Below are positions 37,606 to 46,448 of a stretch of 64,000 bases of DNA, piece after piece (the first letter of the stretch is position 1; every line of letters begins with the position of its first letter). The notes beneath the pieces were generated by a model. It searched no databases, had not been told where the DNA came from, and worked only from the letters and a program-made list of their open reading frames with translations. Origin of the DNA: Phycisphaerae bacterium (GTDB lineage: Bacteria; Planctomycetota; Phycisphaerae; UBA1845; Fen-1342); the NCBI GenBank assembly GCA_050115495.1, contig JASFQK010000007.1, positions 64,001 through 128,000 on the forward strand, read 5' to 3'. Both the position numbers and the translations under genes were made by a program.

Positions 37606-38859
37606 TCACGGCGCGACGCCGAGCTCGCTCAGCTCACCATCGTCGTCCGGGTCATCGTCCAGAATGGGCACGATATGCAGCGCATCCAGGCCGAAGTTGT
37701 GGAGATCCTCGACCGGCCGGAACCGCCGCACCAGGTCCAGGTTGCGACAGATGACGTGACCGTCATTGCTCAACAGGTCGCCATCGCCGATCCAGCCATA
37801 TGTTCCTGATCGGAAGGGCTCCTCGGTCGAGAACCAGATGTGTCCGCTCGGCCACAAGTACACGGCGTCCAGGCCGTAATCGTAGTCCGGCTCGACCGGC
37901 CGGAACCGGGCGAGCAACTCCTGGTTCGTGTAGACGATCTCGCCATGAGCGGCACAGAGCAAATCGCCATGCCCCACAGTCAGGCCCAGCGGTTCGGAGT
38001 AGAAGTCCACCTCCGTCGAGAAGTACCAGCCGTAGCACGGCCATCCCCACGTGATGGCATCCAGCCCGAGGTCACACTCTGAGGTGGGCGCGAACATCCA
38101 TGTCAACGACTGATTCCGCTCCACGATGAATCCGCCCTCCGACAGGAAGTCGCCGTGCTGGAGCCAGCCCAGCGTTTCGCTGAAGTGGCTGGTCTCGGGC
38201 GAGAACCACGCCTCCCACCAGGGCACCTCGTCGATCTCCGCCGGGCAGAGGGCGTCCAACCCGATATCCGGCACAACCGGCATGATGCCCAGGTTCCGCG
38301 TCAGTTCGAAGTTCGTCCATAGCACGATCCCGAATACCGACAGCGCGTCGCCGTCGCTGACCGCCGTTCCGTTCGGCGTATGGAAGCCCACTTCGGTCGA
38401 GAACCACACGTCGACGATCGGCGCGGCGACGACCACCAGCCGCGGCGTCCGCGACGTCCCCGCCACGGGACGCAACACGATGTCGATCATGGGCAGGGTT
38501 GTGTAGTAGGGCTGCACCCCGCTGTCGAACAGGTGCGTGGAGCCGCCCACCGCGACATTGAGGACCATCCGCTGGCCCGCATCATCCTGCCTGTACGTAC
38601 CCTCGGCCCTGACAACCACGCTCCCAGCGCTGTCGAAGCCGCGGAAGTTCTGCACCACGTACAGCCCCTCGACGGCAGACGGCAGCAGATCGAACGTCCC
38701 GTGCAACTGAATCTCCGTCGTCGGGTCTTCGACGGTGACCAGCAGACTCCCCTCCAGCAGGCAATACCTCGTTGGTAGTTGCCCCAGCGCCGGTGCCGCT
38801 AACACCGCCACCAGCAAAATGGCAACACATCCCCCCTTGACCAACACGCGAGCACTCAT
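37606..38859 (-). CDS. Secreted repeat protein (WFSxE...GD.L...N..L...GLDA x4), no dockerin
   Basis: GGAAGGAGG RBS, signal peptide ending APALG, four internal repeats, acidic tail. Confidence 0.82.
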   Translation of the reverse strand: MSARVLVKGGCVAILLVAVLAAPALGQLPTRYCLLEGSLLVTVEDPTTEIQLHGTFDLLPSAVEGLYVVQNFRGFDSAGSVVVRAEGTYRQDDAGQRMVLNVAVGGSTHLFDSGVQPYYTTLPMIDIVLRPVAGTSRTPRLVVVAAPIVDVWFSTEVGFHTPNGTAVSDGDALSVFGIVLWTNFELTRNLGIMPVVPDIGLDALCPAEIDEVPWWEAWFSPETSHFSETLGWLQHGDFLSEGGFIVERNQSLTWMFAPTSECDLGLDAITWGWPCYGWYFSTEVDFYSEPLGLTVGHGDLLCAAHGEIVYTNQELLARFRPVEPDYDYGLDAVYLWPSGHIWFSTEEPFRSGTYGWIGDGDLLSNDGHVICRNLDLVRRFRPVEDLHNFGLDALHIVPILDDDPDDDGELSELGVAP

Positions 38860-39114
38860 GGCAAGACCTCCTTCCCCCCGCCCGAACACCTGCGCGCGTG
38901 CAGACACCCCTCGCACACGCTGTCGGAGCGATCAGAACTGCCACTCACCTCCCGCAGCGTGGACTCCGGCCTCGCCACCTGGAGGGCCCCGAACACCCCG
39001 ACCTTCCTACAACAAATATCCGCCCAGGAGTGCCGCCAGTCAAACTCGTTCTTTCGCGTCACCGGTAACGGCTCGAATTAACGCAATCCTTGCCTCCAGC
39101 GTCCTCGGCTGATG

Positions 39115-39216
39115 GCGCCCCCGCCTTCCCACAATCGCCCCTACAGCGCGTGGTCTACCGAGGGCACGGCCGGAGCGTTACCCCCGCCCTGCTCCAGACT
39201 TGAGTACTCCCGCATG
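39115..39216 (+). repeat. Direct repeat copy 1 (degenerate copy of the lnt promoter/5' end)
   Basis: ccgccttcccacaatcgcccc...gcgtggtctaccgagggc...cgttacccccgccct...gactt...actcccgcatg matches 40895-40993. Confidence 0.88.
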
Positions 39217-39252
39217 GACCGGCGCGGCAGAGGAAGGGGACCCGCCGCGACG

Positions 39253-40638
39253 TCACGGCAGCGTCAGCATCCGGATGAACAGGCTAATGTCGAAGTTGTC
39301 CAACACTCTATCGCCGTTCAGGTCGCCGACCACATCCGGATCCAGCTCCGGGAACTGCGCGTAGTACGCCTCCCGGTTGGTCAGGGCCAGGACGAACGGG
39401 GCGAGGTCGAGGTTGTTGATGAACGCGTCGCCGTTCATGTCCCCGGGCTGCACGGGCACGACATGAAGCGCGTCCAGGCCGAAGTTGTCGAGATCCTCGA
39501 CCGGCTCGAAACGCCGCACCAAGTCGAGGTTGCGGTAGATGATGAAGCCGTCCATGCTGAGCAGGTCGCCGTCGCTGATCCAGCCGTGGGTCAGCGAGTG
39601 GAACGATTCCTCGGTCGAGAACCACACGTGTCCGCTCGGCCACCGGTACAGGGCGTCCAGCCCATAATCATGATCTGGCACCAGTGGCTGGATGCGGGCC
39701 AGCAGTTCCTGGTTGGTGTAGACGATCGCACCGTCCGTGGCGCACAGCACGTCGCCGTGTCCCACGAGCGCGCCGACAGCCTCGGAGTGGAAATCCACCT
39801 CCGTCGAAAACCACTTGCAGTTGCTCGACCATTCCCAGGTGATCGCGTCGAGCCCAAGGTCTCCCGGCTCCAGGGGCTCGAACGACTGCGTGAGGTCCTG
39901 GTTGCGGGCCACGATGAACCCGCCCTCCGACAGAAAGTCGCCGTGTTGCAGCGGCCCCAGCGTCTCGCTGTATTGGTCGATCTCCATCGAGAACCACCCC
40001 TCCCACCAGAGCGGCCCCCAGACGGCCATCGGATGCATGGCGTCCAGGCCGACATCGGGAACGACCGGCTCGATGCCGAGGTTCTGCGTCAGCTCGGCGT
40101 TGGTCCAGAGCACGCTGCCGTAGGTCGTCAGGATGTCGCCGTCGCTGATTGCCGTACCCGCCGGCGTGTGGAAGCCCGTCTCGGTGGAGAACCACGCCGG
40201 TGTCGCCGGTACCGCCACCACGATGAGCCGCATCGGCACGGGTTCCTCGTGCAGGATAATCTCGATCATGGGCAGGGTCGTGTAGTACGGCTGCGGACCG
40301 CTGTCTAAGTGGTGCACGTCCCCGTTCACGACGGCCCCCAGGATCATCTGCTGGAAGGCGTCGTTCTGGACGTACGTCCCCTCCCCCGTCACCGCTTCGT
40401 TGCCCGAGTCGTCGAACCCGCGGAAATTGCGAACGTCGTAGGAGTCGCTGCCCGACGTCGTGACCAGATCGAACGTCCCGTGCAGCGGGAGCTCGATCAT
40501 CGGGTCCTCGCCGAAGACCAGCGCGGTTCCCTCCAGCAGGCGATAGCGCGTCGAGCCCTGGCCGAGAGCCGGTGCCGCCAGCACCGCTATCACCAAAATA
40601 ACGATAGCACCCCTCCAGAATGGATTGCTGACGCTCAT
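39253..40638 (-). CDS. Secreted repeat protein, paralog of 37606-38859, with C-terminal dockerin-like domain
   Basis: Identical blocks (LHGTFDL, QPYYTTLPMI, GFHTP, HGDFLSEGGFIV, DLVRRF.PVEDL.NFGLDALH) plus GDMNGDAFINNLD...GDLNGDRVLDNFDISLFI. Confidence 0.85.
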   Translation of the reverse strand: MSVSNPFWRGAIVILVIAVLAAPALGQGSTRYRLLEGTALVFGEDPMIELPLHGTFDLVTTSGSDSYDVRNFRGFDDSGNEAVTGEGTYVQNDAFQQMILGAVVNGDVHHLDSGPQPYYTTLPMIEIILHEEPVPMRLIVVAVPATPAWFSTETGFHTPAGTAISDGDILTTYGSVLWTNAELTQNLGIEPVVPDVGLDAMHPMAVWGPLWWEGWFSMEIDQYSETLGPLQHGDFLSEGGFIVARNQDLTQSFEPLEPGDLGLDAITWEWSSNCKWFSTEVDFHSEAVGALVGHGDVLCATDGAIVYTNQELLARIQPLVPDHDYGLDALYRWPSGHVWFSTEESFHSLTHGWISDGDLLSMDGFIIYRNLDLVRRFEPVEDLDNFGLDALHVVPVQPGDMNGDAFINNLDLAPFVLALTNREAYYAQFPELDPDVVGDLNGDRVLDNFDISLFIRMLTLP

Positions 40639-40885
40639 GATGAAGTCTCCGCCCCCCTCCCAACGCTTCCCCGCGCGGCTGGTGATACACCGCACGTTGT
40701 CGAGATGACGGAACCGCTGCCCACCTTCCCGCGGTGCAGACTCCTGCCACCCCGCAGGAAGGGTCCCCGTCGCCCCAACGTTCCTATAGGAAGTATTGCC
40801 CCGGAAATGCCACGGTCAACACGCCGCGACCTCCGTCACCGCTCACGGCCGCGGCCGGCCTGTCCCCTGGTCCCCACGCCCACGC

Positions 40886-40914
40886 TTGACGGCTGCGCCC
40901 CGCCTTCCCACAAT
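40886..40914 (+). promoter_or_regulatory. sigma70-type promoter of lnt
   Basis: TTGACG(40886-40891)-17 nt-CACAAT(40909-40914). Confidence 0.55.
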
Positions 40915-40993
40915 CGCCCCCACAGCGTGGTCTACCGAGGGCGTGGCGGGGACGTTACCCCCGCCCTATCCCGGACTTGGGCACTCCCGCATG
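40895..40993 (+). repeat. Direct repeat copy 2 (includes lnt start codon)
   Basis: See copy 1. Confidence 0.88.
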
Positions 40994-42892
40994 AATCGCC
41001 GAAGCAGACAGGACAAACGCCCTCAGCAACCCGAATCCAGCCCGCCACCCATGCCCAGCGTGGCCCGGGAGGCCGGCCGGGTGGCCGGTCTCTACACGAT
41101 CACGCTCGTGCTGGCTTCGTGGATTTTTCCGCCGCACGGGGTATGGCCGCTGGCTTTCGTCTGCCTGGTGCCCTGGGTGGTGGCCACCTGCCGGACGCAG
41201 CGGGCCTGGCTGGTGCACTGGCTCAGCTTTGCGCTGGGCTGGGCGTTCTTCCTGTTCAACCTGCGGTGGCTGTGGCCGGTGACATCGGGCGGACACGTCG
41301 CCCTGGCCTTCTACCTGGGGCTCTACTGGCCCGTGGCGGCGTGGGCCCTGCGCACCGCCCAGCGGCATCACATCTCGCCGGTGTGGACGCTGCCCGTGGC
41401 CTGGGTGGCCTGCGAGTTCCTGCGGGCCACGGTGATGACGGGGTTCCCCTGGCTGTTCCTGGGCCACGCCTTCCACGCCCAGTTGATCCTGATCCAGATC
41501 AGCGACATCACCGGCGCCTACGGCGTCTCGTTTCTCGCCGCCCTGATCAACGGCACGATCGCCGCCTGGATCCTGTGGCGCTACCGGCATCCGGCCATGA
41601 CCCGCACGCCGCGGCAACTGCTGATCGGCACGGGCGTGACGGTGGTGGCCGTGGTCCTGACGCTGGTGTACGGCCACTACCGCCTCCGGCAGACCGACTT
41701 CACGCCGGGCCCGCAGGTCGCGGTGATCCAGCACGACTTCTCGCTGCGCAGCGCGCCGCCTTACGGCGAGCACTCCTGGGTCATCTTCGCCGAGTACGTG
41801 GCGCTGGCCGCCGAAGCCGCCAAGACGCAGCCGGACCTGCTCGTCTTCCCGGAAACGGTCTGGAGCTCCATCCAGAACCGCGAGTTCCTGGCCGTCGAGC
41901 ACAACGCCGTGCCCGGCCTGTCCGCCGGCACCTGGCACTACGGCAAGATCTGCGACGACGCCATCTCGGCCTTCGCCCGCGGCGATTACGTCGCTGTCAA
42001 CCGGCAGATCGAAGATCTCGAGCGCTTCGAGCGAAAGTACACGCACCGGAAGCTGCCACGCCTGCCCGAGGCCGGCGGACCGCCGGTCACCGTCGTCCTC
42101 GGCGCCCAATCGGTGGATGTGTTCCCCGCGGAGACGTACCCGAAGTTCAAGCGCTACAACTCGGTGCTGGTTTACGACCCGGACGGCACGCAGCGCGAAA
42201 TCCGTTACGACAAGAACCACCTGGTGCCCTTCGGTGAGTTCGTGCCCTTCCGCGGCGGCCGCCTGCATTTCCTCTATCGCTGGCTCAACAAGCTGAGCCC
42301 GATGAGCAGCGGCGGCACGTTCGAGTACTCCTCGTCGCCGGGGAAGGACCTGACCGTCTTCTCGCTGACGACGGCAAAGGGCGACACGCGCTTCGGCACC
42401 CCGATCTGCTACGAAGACGTCATGCCCGACGTCATGCGCCGCTACGTCTGGGACGGCGGCACGCGCCGCACCGACTTCCTGGTCAACGTCAGCAACGACG
42501 GCTGGTACATCTACGGCAACGAATTGCCGCAGCACCTGGCCATCTGCGCCTTCCGCGCCGTCGAGAACCGCATCGGCATCGCCCGGGCGGTCAACACGGG
42601 CATCAGCGGCTTCATCGATCCCAACGGCCGCGTCTACTCCGTCGTCGAGAAGGACGGACGCCGCTACGGAGCCGGCATCATCGGCTACCGCGTGGATCGC
42701 GTGCTCCTGGACAAGCGCACCAGCATCTACGGCCGCTTCGGCGACTGGCTGGCCATCACTTGCCTGGTGCTCACCGCCGGCTTGTGGGCGGTGGCCATCG
42801 CCGAACGGTGGGTTATGGCCCTGCAACAGCGCATCGCTGCCTGGCGGGCCGGAGGAGGGCGGCTTCATGCCACCACGAAAGACGAGAAGTAA
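40991..42892 (+). CDS. lnt: Apolipoprotein N-acyltransferase
   Basis: TGFPWLFLG, VFPET, YDKNHLVPFGEFVP, PICYED, NVSNDGW, FRAVENR..IARAVNTGISG. Catalytic E-K-C motifs present. Confidence 0.95.
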   Translation: MNRRSRQDKRPQQPESSPPPMPSVAREAGRVAGLYTITLVLASWIFPPHGVWPLAFVCLVPWVVATCRTQRAWLVHWLSFALGWAFFLFNLRWLWPVTSGGHVALAFYLGLYWPVAAWALRTAQRHHISPVWTLPVAWVACEFLRATVMTGFPWLFLGHAFHAQLILIQISDITGAYGVSFLAALINGTIAAWILWRYRHPAMTRTPRQLLIGTGVTVVAVVLTLVYGHYRLRQTDFTPGPQVAVIQHDFSLRSAPPYGEHSWVIFAEYVALAAEAAKTQPDLLVFPETVWSSIQNREFLAVEHNAVPGLSAGTWHYGKICDDAISAFARGDYVAVNRQIEDLERFERKYTHRKLPRLPEAGGPPVTVVLGAQSVDVFPAETYPKFKRYNSVLVYDPDGTQREIRYDKNHLVPFGEFVPFRGGRLHFLYRWLNKLSPMSSGGTFEYSSSPGKDLTVFSLTTAKGDTRFGTPICYEDVMPDVMRRYVWDGGTRRTDFLVNVSNDGWYIYGNELPQHLAICAFRAVENRIGIARAVNTGISGFIDPNGRVYSVVEKDGRRYGAGIIGYRVDRVLLDKRTSIYGRFGDWLAITCLVLTAGLWAVAIAERWVMALQQRIAAWRAGGGRLHATTKDEK

Positions 42893-43886
42893 CGCCGCCG
42901 GCCTCGCCCTGCTGCTGAGCGGCCTGCTGCTGGCGGGATTCGGCTGTCAGAGCGCGGCGCCGCGGCTGACGCCGGACGAGTCCCTGGCCCTCGAACGGCG
43001 GGCGACCGACCTGCTGCTCCGTGCCGCGCAGAGCGAGGATCCGCTGGTCGCCTGCCACGCCATCGAGGCGCTGGTGCACGTGGCCCCGGAGGAGGGCCGG
43101 CCGCACTTCCGCGCTGCGTTGCGCTCGCCGTCGCCGCTGCTGCGGGCCGCCGGTCTGAAGGCCCTTGGTACGCTCGCCGACGGTAGCTCCGCCGCGATGT
43201 ACCGGCAGCTTCTGAGCGACAACCATCCGCTCGTGCGGCTCGCCGCGGCGTTCGCCGTCTGTCGGGCTGGTCAGACGTCAGCGGCTCGTCTGCTCGTCAC
43301 GGCCCTCGACGACAACCCGGAAGAGCACGTGCGGGCCGAAGCGGCCCAGCTCATCGGCCGCCTCGAAGAGCCGCGGGCCATCAAACGTCTGCAAGCCGCC
43401 TTGCGCCTCCAGGCCAACGAGCAGTCGAACATCGTCCGGCTCGAAATCTACACGGCCCTGGCTCGGCTCGGCGACGAAGAGGGCACCGACCGGCTCATCG
43501 CCGCCGCCCAGCACGACGCCCTGTCCCGCCTGCTGGCCTTGCAGGGCTTGGCGGACGTGGGCACCCAGCGAGCCCGCGACGTCCTCCGCTATCACCTGAG
43601 CGACGCCGAGGACTACCTCATCCACCGTCTTATCGCCGCCCGCGGACTCGCCCGTCTGGGCGAGCCGATCGGCTACGACCTGGCTATCGAGAAACTGCGC
43701 TTCGTCGGCAGCAACCCCGAGGATCCGGAAGAGGCCGTCCGCGTTCGAACCAACGCGGCGATGGTCCTCGGCGAGATTCGCGACGCTCGCGCGCTACCCG
43801 ACCTGCAGAACATGGCCGAGTCGGAGAACGACCCCCGGCTGCAAGTGGCGGCGTGCTACGCCATCTGCCGCATCCTGCAACCCTGA
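42867..43886 (+). CDS. HEAT-repeat lipoprotein
   Basis: Lipobox LAGFGC. Repeated LRAAGLKALG, VRLAAAFA, VRAEAA..IG, VRTNAA..LG. Confidence 0.8.
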   Translation: MPPRKTRSNAAGLALLLSGLLLAGFGCQSAAPRLTPDESLALERRATDLLLRAAQSEDPLVACHAIEALVHVAPEEGRPHFRAALRSPSPLLRAAGLKALGTLADGSSAAMYRQLLSDNHPLVRLAAAFAVCRAGQTSAARLLVTALDDNPEEHVRAEAAQLIGRLEEPRAIKRLQAALRLQANEQSNIVRLEIYTALARLGDEEGTDRLIAAAQHDALSRLLALQGLADVGTQRARDVLRYHLSDAEDYLIHRLIAARGLARLGEPIGYDLAIEKLRFVGSNPEDPEEAVRVRTNAAMVLGEIRDARALPDLQNMAESENDPRLQVAACYAICRILQP

Positions 43887-43896
43887 TCCACCCCGC

Positions 43897-44529
43897 TCAA
43901 TCGGAGTGTAGCGGAACGCCCTCTGCGTCCTGGCTCGCCGGCGGCTCTTCGCGATCCCAGCCCTGCGACTCGGTCGCGGTGGCGATCTCCGCCCCGCGCA
44001 CCGGATCGTGCACCGCGGTGAACGATCCCAGCAGCAAGTGGTTCGACGGCCGCCCCCATCCGCCCAGGAGCCCGGTGACCTGCCGCTGCGTGAGCAGCCG
44101 GAACGTCCCCCGCAGCCGCTCGCCCTTGTCGCGATAGAGGGCAACGATCCCCATCGTCGACACGAACCGCCCCTCGCTCACGCCAAACCGGGCCACCGCT
44201 CGCAGCTCACGCCTGGCCACCAGGTAATTGCGGTCCTTCCCGGCGGGCAGCTTTTCGAGCGCCAGCGACAGACGGAAGCTGAACGGCCCCAACGCCCCCA
44301 GCAGCGGGCGGCGCGTCGCCTCCATCGCCACCCACACCTGCCCGGTGTCGTCCGTCCACCAATAGCAATGATCCAGGGAAAGCCGAGCGATTCGCGCCGG
44401 CGGCGGGTCGATTTCGCGGTAGTTCAGGGCCGCAACTTCGACGTGTCCGCCGCCGGCGCAACCGAGCAGGCCCGCCAGCGGCAGCACCGCCAGCAGGCCA
44501 CGCCACCACGCGCCCGGCCGTCGGGGCAT
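43897..44529 (-). CDS. Hypothetical lipoprotein
   Basis: [24 protein letters not shown] lipobox. ATG overlaps the glyA stop (TGATG). Confidence 0.7.
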   Translation of the reverse strand: MPRRPGAWWRGLLAVLPLAGLLGCAGGGHVEVAALNYREIDPPPARIARLSLDHCYWWTDDTGQVWVAMEATRRPLLGALGPFSFRLSLALEKLPAGKDRNYLVARRELRAVARFGVSEGRFVSTMGIVALYRDKGERLRGTFRLLTQRQVTGLLGGWGRPSNHLLLGSFTAVHDPVRGAEIATATESQGWDREEPPASQDAEGVPLHSD

Positions 44530-45791
44530 CACGCGTGCGGAATCGGGAACTGGCGGCATAGCTCGCGCACCTGCCCGCGCGTCCGCTCCATCTTGGCCGC
44601 GTCGCCCTCGGCCGACAGGGCTTCGTGCACTAACTGGGCCACGACCGCCATCTGCGGCTCTTTCAGCCCGCGGGTGGTCAGGGCCGGCGTACCGATCCGC
44701 AGGCCGCTGGTCTGTGTCGGCTTGCGCTCGTCGAAGGGGATCATGTTCTTGTTGACGATGATGCCGGCCTCTTCGAGCCAGGCTTCGGCCTGCTTGCCGG
44801 TCAGGTCGGGATGCACGTCGCGCAGGTCGACGAGCATCAGGTGCGTATCCGTGCCGCCCGAGACCAGCCGATAACCCCGCGCTCGCAGGGCCTCGGCCAG
44901 CGCCTGGGCGTTGTCGAGGATCTGCTGCTGGTACTGCTTGAACTCCGGCCGCAGGGCCTCGCCGAAAGCCACCGCCTTGCCGGCGATGGCGTGCATGAGC
45001 GGGCCACCCTGCGTGCCGGGGAAGACCCACTTGTTCATCAGCTTGGCGTCGTCTTCCGTGTTGCACATGATCATGCCGCCGCGCGTGCCGCGCAGCGTCT
45101 TGTGCGTCGTCGTCGTGGTGAAATCGGCATGGCCGATCGGCGTCGGGTGCAGCCCCACGGCCACCAGGCCGGCGATGTGGGCGATGTCCGCCATCAGCCG
45201 GGCCCCCACCTCACGGGCGATCTCGGCAAACGCCGGGAAGTCCATCGTCCGCGGATAGGCCGAGGCGCCGGCGATGATCAGCTTCGGCTTGTGTTCCAGC
45301 GCCAGTTTCCGGACCTCGGCCATGTCGAAGGCCTCGGTCTCGCGGCTCACGCCGTAAGGCACGATGTTGTACATCGTTCCGCTGAAGTTCACTTTCAGCC
45401 CGTGCGACAGGTGTCCGCCGTGCGCCAGGTCGAGCGAGAGCACCGTGTCTCCCGGCTTCACACAGGCCATGTACACGGCGACGTTCGCCTGGGCGCCGGA
45501 GTGCGGCTGCACGTTCACGAACGGCGTGCTGAACAGCTTCTTGGCCCGCTCGCGCGCCAGGTCCTCGATGGCGTCCATGTTGACGCAGCCGCCGTAGTAC
45601 CGCTTGCCCGGATAACCCTCGGCGTACTTGTTCGTGAAGACCGATCCCACGGCCGTCCGCACCGCCACCGAAACGTGGTTCTCCGAGGCGATCAGTTCGA
45701 GCGTGTTCTGCTGGCGGTCTTCTTCCTGCCGGATAATCTCGGCAACAGCCGGGTCCGTCTCGGCCAGAGGCTGAGAGAGAAACTTCAACAT
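44529..45791 (-). CDS. glyA: Serine hydroxymethyltransferase
   Basis: [67 protein letters not shown]. Confidence 0.98.
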   Translation of the reverse strand: MLKFLSQPLAETDPAVAEIIRQEEDRQQNTLELIASENHVSVAVRTAVGSVFTNKYAEGYPGKRYYGGCVNMDAIEDLARERAKKLFSTPFVNVQPHSGAQANVAVYMACVKPGDTVLSLDLAHGGHLSHGLKVNFSGTMYNIVPYGVSRETEAFDMAEVRKLALEHKPKLIIAGASAYPRTMDFPAFAEIAREVGARLMADIAHIAGLVAVGLHPTPIGHADFTTTTTHKTLRGTRGGMIMCNTEDDAKLMNKWVFPGTQGGPLMHAIAGKAVAFGEALRPEFKQYQQQILDNAQALAEALRARGYRLVSGGTDTHLMLVDLRDVHPDLTGKQAEAWLEEAGIIVNKNMIPFDERKPTQTSGLRIGTPALTTRGLKEPQMAVVAQLVHEALSAEGDAAKMERTRGQVRELCRQFPIPHA

Positions 45792-45825
45792 GGGCACCTT
45801 TCCTTCGCGGGCCGGTCTCGATCGA

Positions 45826-46437
45826 TCACGGAGAGCCCCCGGCCGGGTTCTCCGGACGCTCCGACGCCGGGGCCGGGGCCGGGGCCGTTTCCGTCGGCGG
45901 CGCAGCGAAGCGCTCCTCCAATTCGTCAAGCAACATTCGTTCCAGTCGGCGGTCCCGCCCCACGCGCGACCAGACCGTATTCTGGCGCTCGCTCGTGGCG
46001 GCGTCCCGCTCGATGGGGGTGTAGCCCGGTGAATCGCTGATCCGCGTGCCGGCCGGCTGGGCACTCGCCACGCGGGCCGTGTCCTGCCGCTCGACGTCGA
46101 TGCGCAGGCGGGCGACGCTCGACTCGCCCTTGCGGCCCACGCTGAAGTGCGCCACCCGCCGCATCGTCGACCGGCCGCCGTACAGGTCGCGGGCCGTCCC
46201 GCTCTCGCGGCGTGTGCTGTACTCGACCGGCAGGCTGTCAACCGCCAGCCGCCCCTCGTCGACGTCGACCCGCCCGAACTCGCGCCGCAGCAGCGCCGCC
46301 CCCGCCACGAGCACCGCCCGGCTGTCCGGCGTGTCGATCAGCCGCGACTGCTGCCCGGTAAGATCCGTGGTCGGGCCACAGCCCACGAGGCCCCAGCACA
46401 GCGGCGCCAACAACAACACGACTACCCGACCTGACAT
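45826..46437 (-). CDS. Hypothetical lipoprotein
   Basis: [20 protein letters not shown] lipobox. AAAGGGG RBS. Confidence 0.7.
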   Translation of the reverse strand: MSGRVVVLLLAPLCWGLVGCGPTTDLTGQQSRLIDTPDSRAVLVAGAALLRREFGRVDVDEGRLAVDSLPVEYSTRRESGTARDLYGGRSTMRRVAHFSVGRKGESSVARLRIDVERQDTARVASAQPAGTRISDSPGYTPIERDAATSERQNTVWSRVGRDRRLERMLLDELEERFAAPPTETAPAPAPASERPENPAGGSP

Positions 46438-46448
46438 CACGTCCCCTT

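Noticed and set aside
37606..40993. Paralog pair or 100-bp repeat as DGR TR/VR or IS ends
   Set aside because: Differences affect all bases and include indels. No transposase, terminal inverted repeats or target duplication seen.
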